Below are positions 9,921 through 19,353 of a DNA stretch of 64,000 bases, one piece after another. This DNA comes from Negativicutes bacterium. Its GTDB lineage: Bacteria > Bacillota > Negativicutes > UBA1444. The DNA is taken from NCBI GenBank assembly GCA_963665275.2, contig CAXXIN010000007.1, forward strand, positions 640,001-704,000. The letters are read 5' to 3'. Each line of letters starts with the position of its first letter. Positions within the stretch are counted from its first letter, which is position 1. Both the position numbers and the translations under genes were made by a program. The notes below the pieces were generated by a model, which saw nothing but the letters and a program-made list of their open reading frames with translations, did no database searches and had not been told where the DNA came from.

Positions 9921-11265
9921 ACTGACAGTGCTAAATGCCAGTGTCATAGGGATCCTGTTTTGCGCCCTGATTACCGGAGCCTACCTGTTTGCCCAGTATG
10001 ACTTAAACCGACACGTAGAATTCTTTCTTTCAAAAGTTGCAGCCGACATCAACGCCGGTCGACGTCCGCCAATGTTTCCCGGGCCTCCTGGTAGCGGCCC
10101 GACCAAGGACAGCTCTTTGGATTCAAGTTCAGGTTTCCCGCCTGATTCACCTGATCCATCCGGTCCTCCGCCACCGGGACTGCCGTTCGGCCCCCCGGAA
10201 GAACCCCGTGAAGGAGAAATGCCTCGGCCAACACTATTTTATGCCAAGCTGGATTCAACTGGCGCCATTGTCTCCACCTCGGCATCGTTGCCGCTTGCCA
10301 AGGACCAACTTGAAGAATTGGCGCAAGTGGTTGTCCAGAGACCTAAACCCAGTGGTCAGGTAACTTTTCAAAATATCGTATATTTTTATCATGTCACTGC
10401 ACGAACGGACTCTCCCGGACAACTGCTGTTGTTCCAAAACTTCGAGAGGGAGCGGGATGTCTTCCGCACAATAATGACCGCCCTGGTAGTCATCGGCGTG
10501 GTTTGTTTTATCGCCTCCTTGTTCGGCAGCCTATTTCTTGCGCGCCGGGCCATGAAACCGATTCAAAAATCCTGGACGCAGCAACGCGATTTTTTGGCGG
10601 ATGCCTCTCACGAACTTCGCACTCCGTTGGCTGTAATTCAGGCCAATCTGGATGTGATTCAAAGCAATTCCGACGAACTCGTCGCAGAGCAAACCCAGTG
10701 GATGAATAACATTGATGAAAGCGTCAAAGCGATGGCTTCTCTGGTTGAATCTCTGCTTTTTCTTGCGCGGATTGACTCACAGCAACACCCTCTCGACAAG
10801 AAACTGTTTTCACTGGACCAGGCAATCGCCACTGCGGTAGGGCCCTATAAACTCCTGGCCGCAACAAAAAAAGTCAGCCTTACGACTGACTTGGAGCAAA
10901 GCTTGGATTTTTATGGCGACGAAGGACGAATCAAGCAGGTTGTCGGCATTTTGCTCGACAATGCCATACGTCACACAACCGAAGGTGGCAGTGTCAATGT
11001 TGTGCTAAAACAAATCAACAAAAGTGTGCAACTCTCAGTATCCGATACGGGCGAAGGGATTCCATTGGATCAACTGAACAAAATATTCGAACGTTTTTAT
11101 CAAGTCGATCCCGCACGTAACAAAGGGGGCACAGGACTCGGACTGTCCATTGCAAAATGCATCGTGGAAAACCATGATGGGGGCATTCAGGCAAGTAGCA
11201 GCCCCGGCTCCGGCGCCAGTTTTTTTGTCCGCTTGCCCCTCGCAGTTCAACATCCGCTCAAATGA
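9898..11265 (+). CDS. Sensor histidine kinase with a proline-rich extracytoplasmic domain
   Basis: Two TM segments, ADASHELRTP H-box, N/G1/F/G2 boxes; 20 Pro in 57 aa between the TMs. Confidence 0.95.
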   Translation: MFRKLLLKLTVLNASVIGILFCALITGAYLFAQYDLNRHVEFFLSKVAADINAGRRPPMFPGPPGSGPTKDSSLDSSSGFPPDSPDPSGPPPPGLPFGPPEEPREGEMPRPTLFYAKLDSTGAIVSTSASLPLAKDQLEELAQVVVQRPKPSGQVTFQNIVYFYHVTARTDSPGQLLLFQNFERERDVFRTIMTALVVIGVVCFIASLFGSLFLARRAMKPIQKSWTQQRDFLADASHELRTPLAVIQANLDVIQSNSDELVAEQTQWMNNIDESVKAMASLVESLLFLARIDSQQHPLDKKLFSLDQAIATAVGPYKLLAATKKVSLTTDLEQSLDFYGDEGRIKQVVGILLDNAIRHTTEGGSVNVVLKQINKSVQLSVSDTGEGIPLDQLNKIFERFYQVDPARNKGGTGLGLSIAKCIVENHDGGIQASSSPGSGASFFVRLPLAVQHPLK

Positions 11266-11292
11266 TCCACTGGCAAAATTCATTCAAGCCCA

Positions 11293-12036
11293 CTATCGCA
11301 AGTATCCGTAAGGAATGCTTCGGGTCATAACACAAAATAGTCGTTGCTCTGATTTGTCCGCCAAGTGTTGTGTTCCAAACAACGCTACTTGCAATAAGGG
11401 ATTCTCCTCGTGATCGGCGCCCTTACGCAATTTATCCAGCAATTCTTTACCGCTCTTTGTGGGTCCAGACATCTCATACAAAATGATTCGGCGTCCTAAA
11501 ACCGCCAGCAGAGGAACGGTCAGCACCAATAGCCATTTTTCTGTTCCCTCATAGTAATTCATGAACCTCAGACTGCCTGCCACGATTAAGCAAGGAGCTA
11601 TTACCGACATTACCCACTGCCAGCGGGCCGGTGTTTTCCACCAGCCCGCTTGTTGCATGTTTTCTTCGATAGCCCGCAAGCTTTCAACCAACCGGCGCCG
11701 AGTTCCCCGCAGCGTTCGCACATTGCCCTGGATCGCCATGAATGCCTGCACAGCATCAGCTTCCATTTGCGAAAGTCCTACTCCTTGCACCGGCAATACC
11801 TGCACCAACAGCTTTCGACTCGGCCCGCCAGGTTTCAGTTCTATGATTTTTCGTTCGTGCAACTCGAAAATCACCGTCTCGACAACCGCGCCCAGCCCAC
11901 CTCTGAGCAAGGCTACTTCCAGGGCTTTAGGACAAAAAGAGTCCGTCCGCCGCCTTCGGCGACTTCGTCGAAGCAGTAGAACGGCAAACCCAATAATAGC
12001 TCCCACATAAAACAAATACATAATATACGGGTACAT
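11293..12036 (-). CDS. TIGR04222-like membrane protein
   Basis: N-terminal TM, EVALLRGG..AVVETVIFEL, two further TMs, PTKSGKELL, VALFG. Confidence 0.55.
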   Translation of the reverse strand: MYPYIMYLFYVGAIIGFAVLLLRRSRRRRRTDSFCPKALEVALLRGGLGAVVETVIFELHERKIIELKPGGPSRKLLVQVLPVQGVGLSQMEADAVQAFMAIQGNVRTLRGTRRRLVESLRAIEENMQQAGWWKTPARWQWVMSVIAPCLIVAGSLRFMNYYEGTEKWLLVLTVPLLAVLGRRIILYEMSGPTKSGKELLDKLRKGADHEENPLLQVALFGTQHLADKSEQRLFCVMTRSIPYGYLR

Positions 12037-12066
12037 GCTTAAATTAAACCATCCTGAAAATTCGCC

Positions 12067-12948
12067 TTATTTTATGTCGTAACTACCCAACACACTGATC
12101 TTCAAAGCGGAGGCATGCTTGGACAGCACCTCGCCAAGCGCTTCGCGCCGCCCATCGCCATCCAGTTCCACAACAAATATATATTCACCCAGCAGTGTCT
12201 TGGCCGGCCGATCGTGCACCGAAACCAGTTTGTAACCTGCTTTTTCCACATCGCGCAAAAATCCAGGAAAAGCAGCGGCAGGCCCCTGCGCGGTCAATGC
12301 GGTCCGCGTTTGGCCGAACTTTTGAAAAGGCTTAAGGGTCACGATCCAAAACCGGGTAACATTCGTTTTGGTCACTTCGATCTGTTTGGCCATCACGTCC
12401 AGTTTATAAGTAACCGCAGCCTGAGGCGACGCAATGGCCGCGACAGATTTATCGCCGGTTTCCGCGACTTTCCGAGCACCTTCAGCCGTGCTGGAAACTT
12501 CAATCAGTTTTGCTTCCGGCAGATTTACCTTCAGCCAGTCTTTTCCCTGCGCGATCCCTTGCGGGTGAGACAAAATTGTTTTAATGTCACTCAGTACAGT
12601 CCCTGGAACCACCATCAAGGTCTGCCTGATTGGCAAATTGACTTCACCGACCACCACAAATGCCGGATCGCTGATGACCCCGTCCAAATAATTGTACACC
12701 GGGCCGCCGACCGTATTTTCGATGGGCACAACTGCATACTGAAACTCACCTGATTTCACGCCAGCCAATGTTTCCGGCACCGTTTTCATCGGTACGAAAG
12801 TCTCTTTGTCACCAAAAAATAATATGGACGCCTCTTCAGTATAGGTTGCCGCAGGCCCCAGATAACCAACACTCGCGGAAACCGTGCCTGAAAGCAGTAG
12901 GATCATCGCTGCAAGAACCGCGAACACTTGAACGGAAACTTTTTTCAT
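12067..12948 (-). CDS. pheA: Prephenate dehydratase (PheA-type PDT plus ACT domain) with an N-terminal signal peptide
   Basis: GYLGPAATYTEEA, VVPIENT, SHPQ, SSTAEGA, NVTRF; leader MKK-hydrophobic-VSA. Confidence 0.8.
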   Translation of the reverse strand: MKKVSVQVFAVLAAMILLLSGTVSASVGYLGPAATYTEEASILFFGDKETFVPMKTVPETLAGVKSGEFQYAVVPIENTVGGPVYNYLDGVISDPAFVVVGEVNLPIRQTLMVVPGTVLSDIKTILSHPQGIAQGKDWLKVNLPEAKLIEVSSTAEGARKVAETGDKSVAAIASPQAAVTYKLDVMAKQIEVTKTNVTRFWIVTLKPFQKFGQTRTALTAQGPAAAFPGFLRDVEKAGYKLVSVHDRPAKTLLGEYIFVVELDGDGRREALGEVLSKHASALKISVLGSYDIK

Positions 12949-12995
12949 CTGATTAATCCCTTCCTTTTCTACTTTTCTACCGGATTATCTTGAGA

Positions 12996-13634
12996 TCATT
13001 CGCCGCCTGCCCAAAGTCTTTTTAAATCCCTTGCTGCAGCCGACGGATCAGAACTGTCCATGATCGCACTAACCACTGCCACCCCATCTACTCCAGCTTG
13101 TCGAACAAACGCTATATTTCCGGCCGTTATCCCGCCGATCGCAACAACCGGAATGCGAACCGCATTTTTGATTTGCATCAATATTTCCATTGGCAGCAAA
13201 GCTTTACCCGGTTTGGTTCCTGTTGGGTACACAGCTCCGCTCCCTAGATAATCGGCTCCAGCTTTCTGAGCCGCAAGCGCATCCGCCACCGTTGCCGCTG
13301 TGGCGCCCAAGATTTTATCCGGTCCCAGCAACCGCCGTGCTACTTCAACCGGCAAGTCCTCCTGTCCAACATGCAGGCCATCCGCATCCACAGCCAACGC
13401 AATATCCAGACGATCGTTGATAATCAAAGGAACTCGAACCTTGCGAGCGATCTCCTTGACCCGCAGCGCCAGTTCATAAAACTCTCTCGATGTAGCCGTC
13501 TTCTCGCGCAGTTGCACCAGTGTCACTCCGCCATCAATAGCGCGCGCCACTTTCTTGCAAAACCCTTCAATATCTCTGGTTCCGCCATCCGTCACCAGGT
13601 ACAGCGAATACTCAATCTTTGATTTATTCAACAC
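12996..13634 (-). CDS. thiE: Thiamine-phosphate synthase
   Basis: LYLVTD, QLREK, INDR, HVGQED, AIGGI. Confidence 0.95.
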   Translation of the reverse strand: MLNKSKIEYSLYLVTDGGTRDIEGFCKKVARAIDGGVTLVQLREKTATSREFYELALRVKEIARKVRVPLIINDRLDIALAVDADGLHVGQEDLPVEVARRLLGPDKILGATAATVADALAAQKAGADYLGSGAVYPTGTKPGKALLPMEILMQIKNAVRIPVVAIGGITAGNIAFVRQAGVDGVAVVSAIMDSSDPSAAARDLKRLWAGGE

Positions 13635-14439
13635 TACATCTCCCCTGCCTCAACACATCTTCTGCAGTCAAAATTGAAATGGCATCCACCAACCGGATCC
13701 GGAACGATCCAGTCCCTTCTCCCGGCAGCAAAGATGCGCAAGCCATCTCGCCCGCAATTCCCATAAACATCACGCCAGCTGTCACCGCGCTCAGCGATGC
13801 CCCCATCGCCGCACAACAGGAAGCAACGAGCGAAGTCGTCATACAGCCGGTCCCTGTGACCCGCGACATCATGGCATCCCCATTGTCTATCCGGCAGACA
13901 GTCCGCCCGTCACTAACAAAGTCGGTTGGCCCGGTTGCCGCTACCAAACATCCCATTTGTTGCGCCGCCTGACGGACTGTTTCGGCCGCATTGTCAGCCG
14001 ATGCCAGCGAGTCGATTCCGCGCATCGCCGCGTATACTCCCGTCATACGCTGAATCTCCGCCAAATTCCCCCGCACCGCCGTCAATCGGATACACAGAGC
14101 GATCTGCTCGACAGTTCGGGTTCGGACCTGAGTAAAACCGACACCAACGGGATCAAGTATAACCGGGATTCCCATTGCATTGGCCTTTTTACCGGCAAGC
14201 AGCATGGATTCAAGCATGCGGGTATTCGGAGTGCCCAGATTCAATATCAAGGCTGCCGACTGGGCTACAACCTCCTCCACCTCGACCGGATCATTAGCCA
14301 TGATCGGGGAGGCTCCAATAGCCAGAGTAACGTTGGCGCAATCGTTGATGCTGATATAGTTGGTGATATGATGGACGATCGGCTTCCGAATCCTGACCTG
14401 CTCAATGCCAGAGGCAATCTGTTCCATCAGGCTCATCAT
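13624..14439 (-). CDS. thiM: Hydroxyethylthiazole kinase
   Basis: HHITNY, GASPIMA, LDPVGVG, RGN..EI, TGTGC. Confidence 0.95.
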   Translation of the reverse strand: MMSLMEQIASGIEQVRIRKPIVHHITNYISINDCANVTLAIGASPIMANDPVEVEEVVAQSAALILNLGTPNTRMLESMLLAGKKANAMGIPVILDPVGVGFTQVRTRTVEQIALCIRLTAVRGNLAEIQRMTGVYAAMRGIDSLASADNAAETVRQAAQQMGCLVAATGPTDFVSDGRTVCRIDNGDAMMSRVTGTGCMTTSLVASCCAAMGASLSAVTAGVMFMGIAGEMACASLLPGEGTGSFRIRLVDAISILTAEDVLRQGRCSVE

Positions 14440-14475
14440 ACAGCCACCGGCTCTATCGTAAGCACCCTAATGTTT

Positions 14476-15282
14476 TTATTCATCAAGCAACCCTGCTTTT
14501 TGATAAAGCTCATAGAAATGGTGCGTCGGTCCCACGCCTTTGCCGATCGCCAAGGCATGTTCGATCGCAATGGTAATATATTTTTTCGCTGCGGCAACTG
14601 CTTGTTCCACTGGCAATCCTTTCGCCAAATTCGCCGCAATAGCCGAAGACAATGTACAGCCGGTTCCATGGGTATTTTGCGTCGGAACGCGTGGTGCTTC
14701 AAACCTCACAAAACGGTGTCCATCAAACAATATATCGGTTGCATCTTCCGTTCGGTGTCCGCCCTTCAAAAGAACATTTTTCGGGCCCATCGCATGAATG
14801 GCCCGAGCGGCCTCTTCCATGTCGGCAATGGTTTCGATTTTTCGATGCACCAGAACCTCGGCTTCGGGAATATTCGGTGTGACCACTGTGGCCAACGGCA
14901 GCAGCTCAGAAATCAGGACGGCTTCCGCATCGGGTTGCAACAGGTGATAGCCGCTTTTGGAGATCATCACAGGATCGACTACAATCAAGTCCGGTGTATA
15001 TTTTTTCAATCCGGCAGCAATCACGCGAATGGTTTCCGGTTGTGACACCATCCCCACTTTGACCGCATCAGCCCCTATATCGTCAAAAATCGCTTCGATC
15101 TGTTTGGTTATAATCTCTGGCCAAACATCCTGAACAGCAGTTACGCCCAACGTATTTTGGGCCGTTATTGCCGTAATAACACTCATGCCAAAAACGCCAT
15201 GCGCCGCAAAAGTTTTCAGATCCGCCTGAATCCCCGCACCGCCGCTCGAATCCGATCCAGCGATCGTTAACGCCTTTTTCAT
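14476..15282 (-). CDS. thiD: HMP/HMP-P kinase
   Basis: IAGSDSSGGAGIQADLK, DPVM, THGTGCT; start trimmed to MKKALT. Confidence 0.95.
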   Translation of the reverse strand: MKKALTIAGSDSSGGAGIQADLKTFAAHGVFGMSVITAITAQNTLGVTAVQDVWPEIITKQIEAIFDDIGADAVKVGMVSQPETIRVIAAGLKKYTPDLIVVDPVMISKSGYHLLQPDAEAVLISELLPLATVVTPNIPEAEVLVHRKIETIADMEEAARAIHAMGPKNVLLKGGHRTEDATDILFDGHRFVRFEAPRVPTQNTHGTGCTLSSAIAANLAKGLPVEQAVAAAKKYITIAIEHALAIGKGVGPTHHFYELYQKAGLLDE

Positions 15283-15458
15283 GCTCCCAATCCTCTTTTC
15301 TCCTTGCTTATCTTTCAATACCAGCGTATATTCTTCGCTTTTTCCGGCCAAAATCCCTGCCCGCTTCGGCGGTAGGTTCAATTGTTCTATGAAAAAATCA
15401 CTGCAAGTCAGGCGGTTTCCTGCAGCAGTGAAATGAGACTGGATTGATTCAGTTTGAG

Positions 15459-16685
15459 TTACTCATATCGTAGTGCATCGATTGGATCAAGCATAGCGGC
15501 CTTGCGGGCTGGATAAACGCCAAAGAACAGCCCTATCACGACCGATACTCCAAAGGCTCCTACAATAGCCCACCACGATACTACCGTATTCCAACCGGCG
15601 ACCAAAGAAATCACCCTGGCGCCGAGAACCCCAACGACAATGCCAAACAACCCGCCAGTTACACTGATGGCAACTGCTTCAATAATGAACTGCATGAGCA
15701 CGTTTCGGAAAGTTGCTCCCAGCGCCTTCCGAATGCCGATTTCCCTCGTTCGCTCCGTCACCGATACCAACATGATGTTCATGATGCCGATGCCGCCAAC
15801 CAAGAGTGAAATGGCTGCAACATTGCCCAGAAGCAGCGTGATCGTATCAGTCGTTTCAGTCATCGTCGCCATAAGCGCCGTCATATTTCGCACGGTAAAA
15901 TCGTTTTCAACGGCGGGCGCCAACCTGTGCCGGCTTCTCAGCAATGAAGTCGCCTCATCCTGAACTTTATTAATAACTTCTGCGTTCTTCGCCTGAATGC
16001 TTATATTGTTGAGATAGGTAATTCCCATTAGGCGATCCTGGGCCGTTGCCAACGGCACGATGACCATATCGTCCTGATCCTGACCCATTGCCGATTGTCC
16101 TTTGCTGCCCAGTACACCAACCACTCGAAAGGGAGCCTGGTTGATGCGAATTGTTTTCCCAATAGGGCTGGCAGCCCCAAACAAATTGGTCGCCACCGTC
16201 TGCCCGAGGACTGCTACGCGCGCGCGCGAATTATCGTCACTATTGCTAAAAAATGCTCCAGAAGCCATTTTGAAATTCCGTACAGCCAGAAAATCCGGTG
16301 TGGTTCCCTGTACAGAGGTCTTCCAATTTTGGTTGCCGTAAATGACCTGATATTGTGAACTGACCGACGGCAACACATAATTAACGCCGGAAATCTGCTT
16401 TGAAATTGCCTTGGCGTCTTGATTGGTCAGGGTTATATTCGAACCGGCAGCCAGGCGAACCGTTCCGGGAGGAGCGTTGGAACCCGGCATGACTATGAGC
16501 AGATTGCTGCCCAGACTGGCAATGGAACTCTGAACTTTTTGCTGCACCCCCATCCCGATCGACACCATCGCAATGACGGCGCCAACACCGATAATGATTC
16601 CCAGCATCGTTAATATTGACCGCATTTTATTGGACCGAAGCCCTTCCAATGCTATACTTATGCTTTCCCTGAACACGGGTCCCAC
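15459..16685 (-). CDS. MacB/FtsX-type ABC permease
   Basis: RSILTMLGIIIGV, ISLLVGGIGIMNIMLVSVTERTREIGIRKALGA, LDPIDALRYE. Confidence 0.93.
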   Translation of the reverse strand: MGPVFRESISIALEGLRSNKMRSILTMLGIIIGVGAVIAMVSIGMGVQQKVQSSIASLGSNLLIVMPGSNAPPGTVRLAAGSNITLTNQDAKAISKQISGVNYVLPSVSSQYQVIYGNQNWKTSVQGTTPDFLAVRNFKMASGAFFSNSDDNSRARVAVLGQTVATNLFGAASPIGKTIRINQAPFRVVGVLGSKGQSAMGQDQDDMVIVPLATAQDRLMGITYLNNISIQAKNAEVINKVQDEATSLLRSRHRLAPAVENDFTVRNMTALMATMTETTDTITLLLGNVAAISLLVGGIGIMNIMLVSVTERTREIGIRKALGATFRNVLMQFIIEAVAISVTGGLFGIVVGVLGARVISLVAGWNTVVSWWAIVGAFGVSVVIGLFFGVYPARKAAMLDPIDALRYE

Positions 16686-16694
16686 CGCCCTTCC

Positions 16695-17387
16695 CTATAT
16701 GGCAAGTTTATCTGCATTGCGCTGGTCGCTGAGAATTTTTCCATCCCGAACATGGACGACCCGCTGTGCGTATGCCGCAATATCCGCTTCATGTGTAACC
16801 ATGATGATCGTTCGCCCTTGCGCATGCAAGTTGCAAAAAACATCCATGATCTCGATGCTGGACTTCGTATCCAGATTGCCAGTCGGTTCATCGGCGATCA
16901 ATATCGCCGGATCTGTGACCAGCGCTCTCGCAATGGCTACTCGCTGCCGTTGACCGCCAGAGAGTTCATTAGGCCGATGATCTTTCCGCTCAACAATTCC
17001 TACCATAGCCAACGTTGAAAGCGCCCGATTCATTCGCTCGTCATTATCTACGCCAGAGTATACCAATGGCAAGGCAATATTTTTCACGGCTGAAATCCGC
17101 GGCAACAAATTAAAGTTTTGAAATACAAACCCTATTTTTCGGTTGCGAGTCAACGCCAGTTGATCATCATTTAGCAGTGCAACTTCATCACCGTCCAACC
17201 GATAGGAACCGGAAGTCGGTCGGTCCAGGCAACCAATAATGTTCATCAACGTTGATTTACCGGAACCTGACGGACCGGTGATGGCTACAAACTCGCCCCG
17301 ATTGATGGACAAGTTCACTCCATCCAGCGCATGGACCGCCGTATCTCCCATCTGGTAAATTTTCTTTATTGCTTTGAGTGTAATCAT
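16695..17387 (-). CDS. MacB/LolD-type ABC ATPase
   Basis: GPSGSGKST, LSGGQRQR, ADEPTGNLD. Confidence 0.95.
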   Translation of the reverse strand: MITLKAIKKIYQMGDTAVHALDGVNLSINRGEFVAITGPSGSGKSTLMNIIGCLDRPTSGSYRLDGDEVALLNDDQLALTRNRKIGFVFQNFNLLPRISAVKNIALPLVYSGVDNDERMNRALSTLAMVGIVERKDHRPNELSGGQRQRVAIARALVTDPAILIADEPTGNLDTKSSIEIMDVFCNLHAQGRTIIMVTHEADIAAYAQRVVHVRDGKILSDQRNADKLAI

Positions 17388-17408
17388 TATTTTGAGTCTC
17401 CACTTCTT

Positions 17409-18494
17409 CTAAATTGCGGGCGGCGGTCCCTGATTCTGCTTGGTTGTGGCAGCGCCGGTCGGCGCCGCTCCCGGCACAATCACCTGATCGCCGATATTCA
17501 GACCCGTGGTGATCTCCACATTATCGTCGTCGTTAAGTCCTGTTTCCACCGTTATGTTCTGTGCTTTTCCATTTACCATGACCTGAACGTATTTCTTGCC
17601 CTTTTCTTCTTTAACGGAGGATACTGGAACAACCATGACATTTTTGCTTTCGCCGACACGAATCGTTGTCCGCGCGGTCATCGTTGGAAACAACAGCCCT
17701 TCGGAGGAGTCGACGTCCACATATACAGGATAATACACTACATTGGAGGACGTCGTGGCACTCCGGGAAATAGTCGTCACTTTACCGGTAAAAGTTTTAT
17801 TCGGATAAGTATCCACCGTGAAGGACACCGTTTGCCCCAGCTTTACCCGGCCGATATCGGTCTCGTCAACCAATACTTTAATCTGCATTTTTGACATATC
17901 GGCAATATACATAATGACCTGTGGGCTGGAAATCCCCTGGGCCACCGTCTGACCCGCAGGTGTCGGTTTGCCGATCACCACGCCGTCTATCGGCGATGCA
18001 ATCACATAATATTGAAGCTGCGAGACATAGTTGTTGTAATTGGCCTGCGCAACCTTTAAATTGGTCCGGTCAGTGTCAAGTTGCTGGAGCGACTGACCGC
18101 CGGCCGCCGTCAGCCTGCTGCTTCTTTCATAAGTAGTCGCATAATTGTCCAGCTGCGCCTTATATTGAGCCACCTGCGTCTGCAACGTGGTATCATCCAA
18201 GACCAACAAAACCTGTCCAGCTTTCACCACATCATTTTCCTTCACGCGCAACTCTGTGATTAGACCAGTCACCCGCGAGCTGATTTCTACCGTATTGACG
18301 GCGGAAATCGTTCCCGTGGCCGAAATTGCCGCCTGCACATCGCCTCTCGTCACGGCAACCGTTACCTCTTGGCTGACTACCACATTGCGATGCTGCATGT
18401 AATACATTCCACCGCCGATGCCACCCGCCACTACCAGTACTGTTAATGCAGCCGCAATTTTATGTTTCATCAGATTTTGCCATATCTTGCCCAT
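17409..18494 (-). CDS. MacA-type periplasmic adaptor (membrane fusion protein)
   Basis: N-terminal TM, lipoyl halves, SPIDGVV, VDETDIG; C-terminal QGPPPAI. Confidence 0.9.
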   Translation of the reverse strand: MGKIWQNLMKHKIAAALTVLVVAGGIGGGMYYMQHRNVVVSQEVTVAVTRGDVQAAISATGTISAVNTVEISSRVTGLITELRVKENDVVKAGQVLLVLDDTTLQTQVAQYKAQLDNYATTYERSSRLTAAGGQSLQQLDTDRTNLKVAQANYNNYVSQLQYYVIASPIDGVVIGKPTPAGQTVAQGISSPQVIMYIADMSKMQIKVLVDETDIGRVKLGQTVSFTVDTYPNKTFTGKVTTISRSATTSSNVVYYPVYVDVDSSEGLLFPTMTARTTIRVGESKNVMVVPVSSVKEEKGKKYVQVMVNGKAQNITVETGLNDDDNVEITTGLNIGDQVIVPGAAPTGAATTKQNQGPPPAI

Positions 18495-18527
18495 TTCGAA
18501 CCCTCACTTATCCCTTCACTTATCTTA

Positions 18528-18570
18528 AGTATGCCTTTGAATTGTTACAGCTTTGTTACAGCTTGTTATA
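18528..18570 (-). promoter_or_regulatory. Response-regulator direct repeats (TGTAACA, 11-bp period) plus a -10-like CATACT upstream of the macAB-type operon
   Basis: TTGTTACAGCT twice at 18542-18563 plus a third partial copy. Confidence 0.7.
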
Positions 18571-18684
18571 CATCAGATGAAATTTTCCTTTTCAATGCAA
18601 TTCACGCCTATAACGGATTGACTTCCAGCTCAAAGCTCATTATTCTAAAGTTGAGACTGATGCTGTACGAATTAGGGGGCAACG

Positions 18685-19353
18685 ATGCAAAATAGAACAA
18701 TATTGATTACCGACGATGAGCTGCGTATTCGCAAACTAGTCGCAGATTTTCTTCTTCATGAAGGGTACACGGTATTAGAAGCAGAAAATGGGCGAATTGC
18801 ACTGGAGATTTTAGAAAAAGAAAAAGTCGACCTCGTGATACTCGATGTTATGATGCCTGAACAGGATGGCCTCAGTGTATGTCGCGAAATACGCAAAAAG
18901 AGTTCCATCCCGGTAATCATGCTCACAGCCAAAAGCGAAGAAATCGATCAGCTCTTTGCTTTCGAGTTGGGAGCTGACGAGTATGTCACCAAACCCTTCA
19001 GCCCCAAAATACTAACGGCGAGAGTCAATGCCTTGCTGCGACGTCTGGAAACCGAAACGCCGCTTAACACCAATGGACTGGTGATTGATACTGAATCCAG
19101 ACAGGTATCCATTGACGCGCAGCCACTGGAACTAAGTCCCAAAGAATATGACTTGCTCGCCTATTTATTCGATAACAAAGGAAAAGCGCTCAGCCGTCAA
19201 CAAATTTTGAATCAGGTTTGGAACTATGATTATTTTGGCGATCTTCGAACAGTTGACACCCACATCAATCGGTTGCGAACCAAGCTGGGCGAAAAAAGCT
19301 CCTTGGTTCAGACGATTCGTGGATATGGTTATCGTTTCGAGGTAGAAAAATGA
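18685..19353 (+). CDS. OmpR/PhoB-family response regulator
   Basis: LDVMMP, MLTAK, DEYVTKPF, RTVDTHINRLR. Confidence 0.95.
   Translation: MQNRTILITDDELRIRKLVADFLLHEGYTVLEAENGRIALEILEKEKVDLVILDVMMPEQDGLSVCREIRKKSSIPVIMLTAKSEEIDQLFAFELGADEYVTKPFSPKILTARVNALLRRLETETPLNTNGLVIDTESRQVSIDAQPLELSPKEYDLLAYLFDNKGKALSRQQILNQVWNYDYFGDLRTVDTHINRLRTKLGEKSSLVQTIRGYGYRFEVEK

Noticed and set aside
15283-15458. Possible TPP riboswitch upstream of thiD-thiM-thiE
   Set aside because: No CUGAGA or GNAA-AGCG core in the right arrangement on the minus strand, and the spacer is short.
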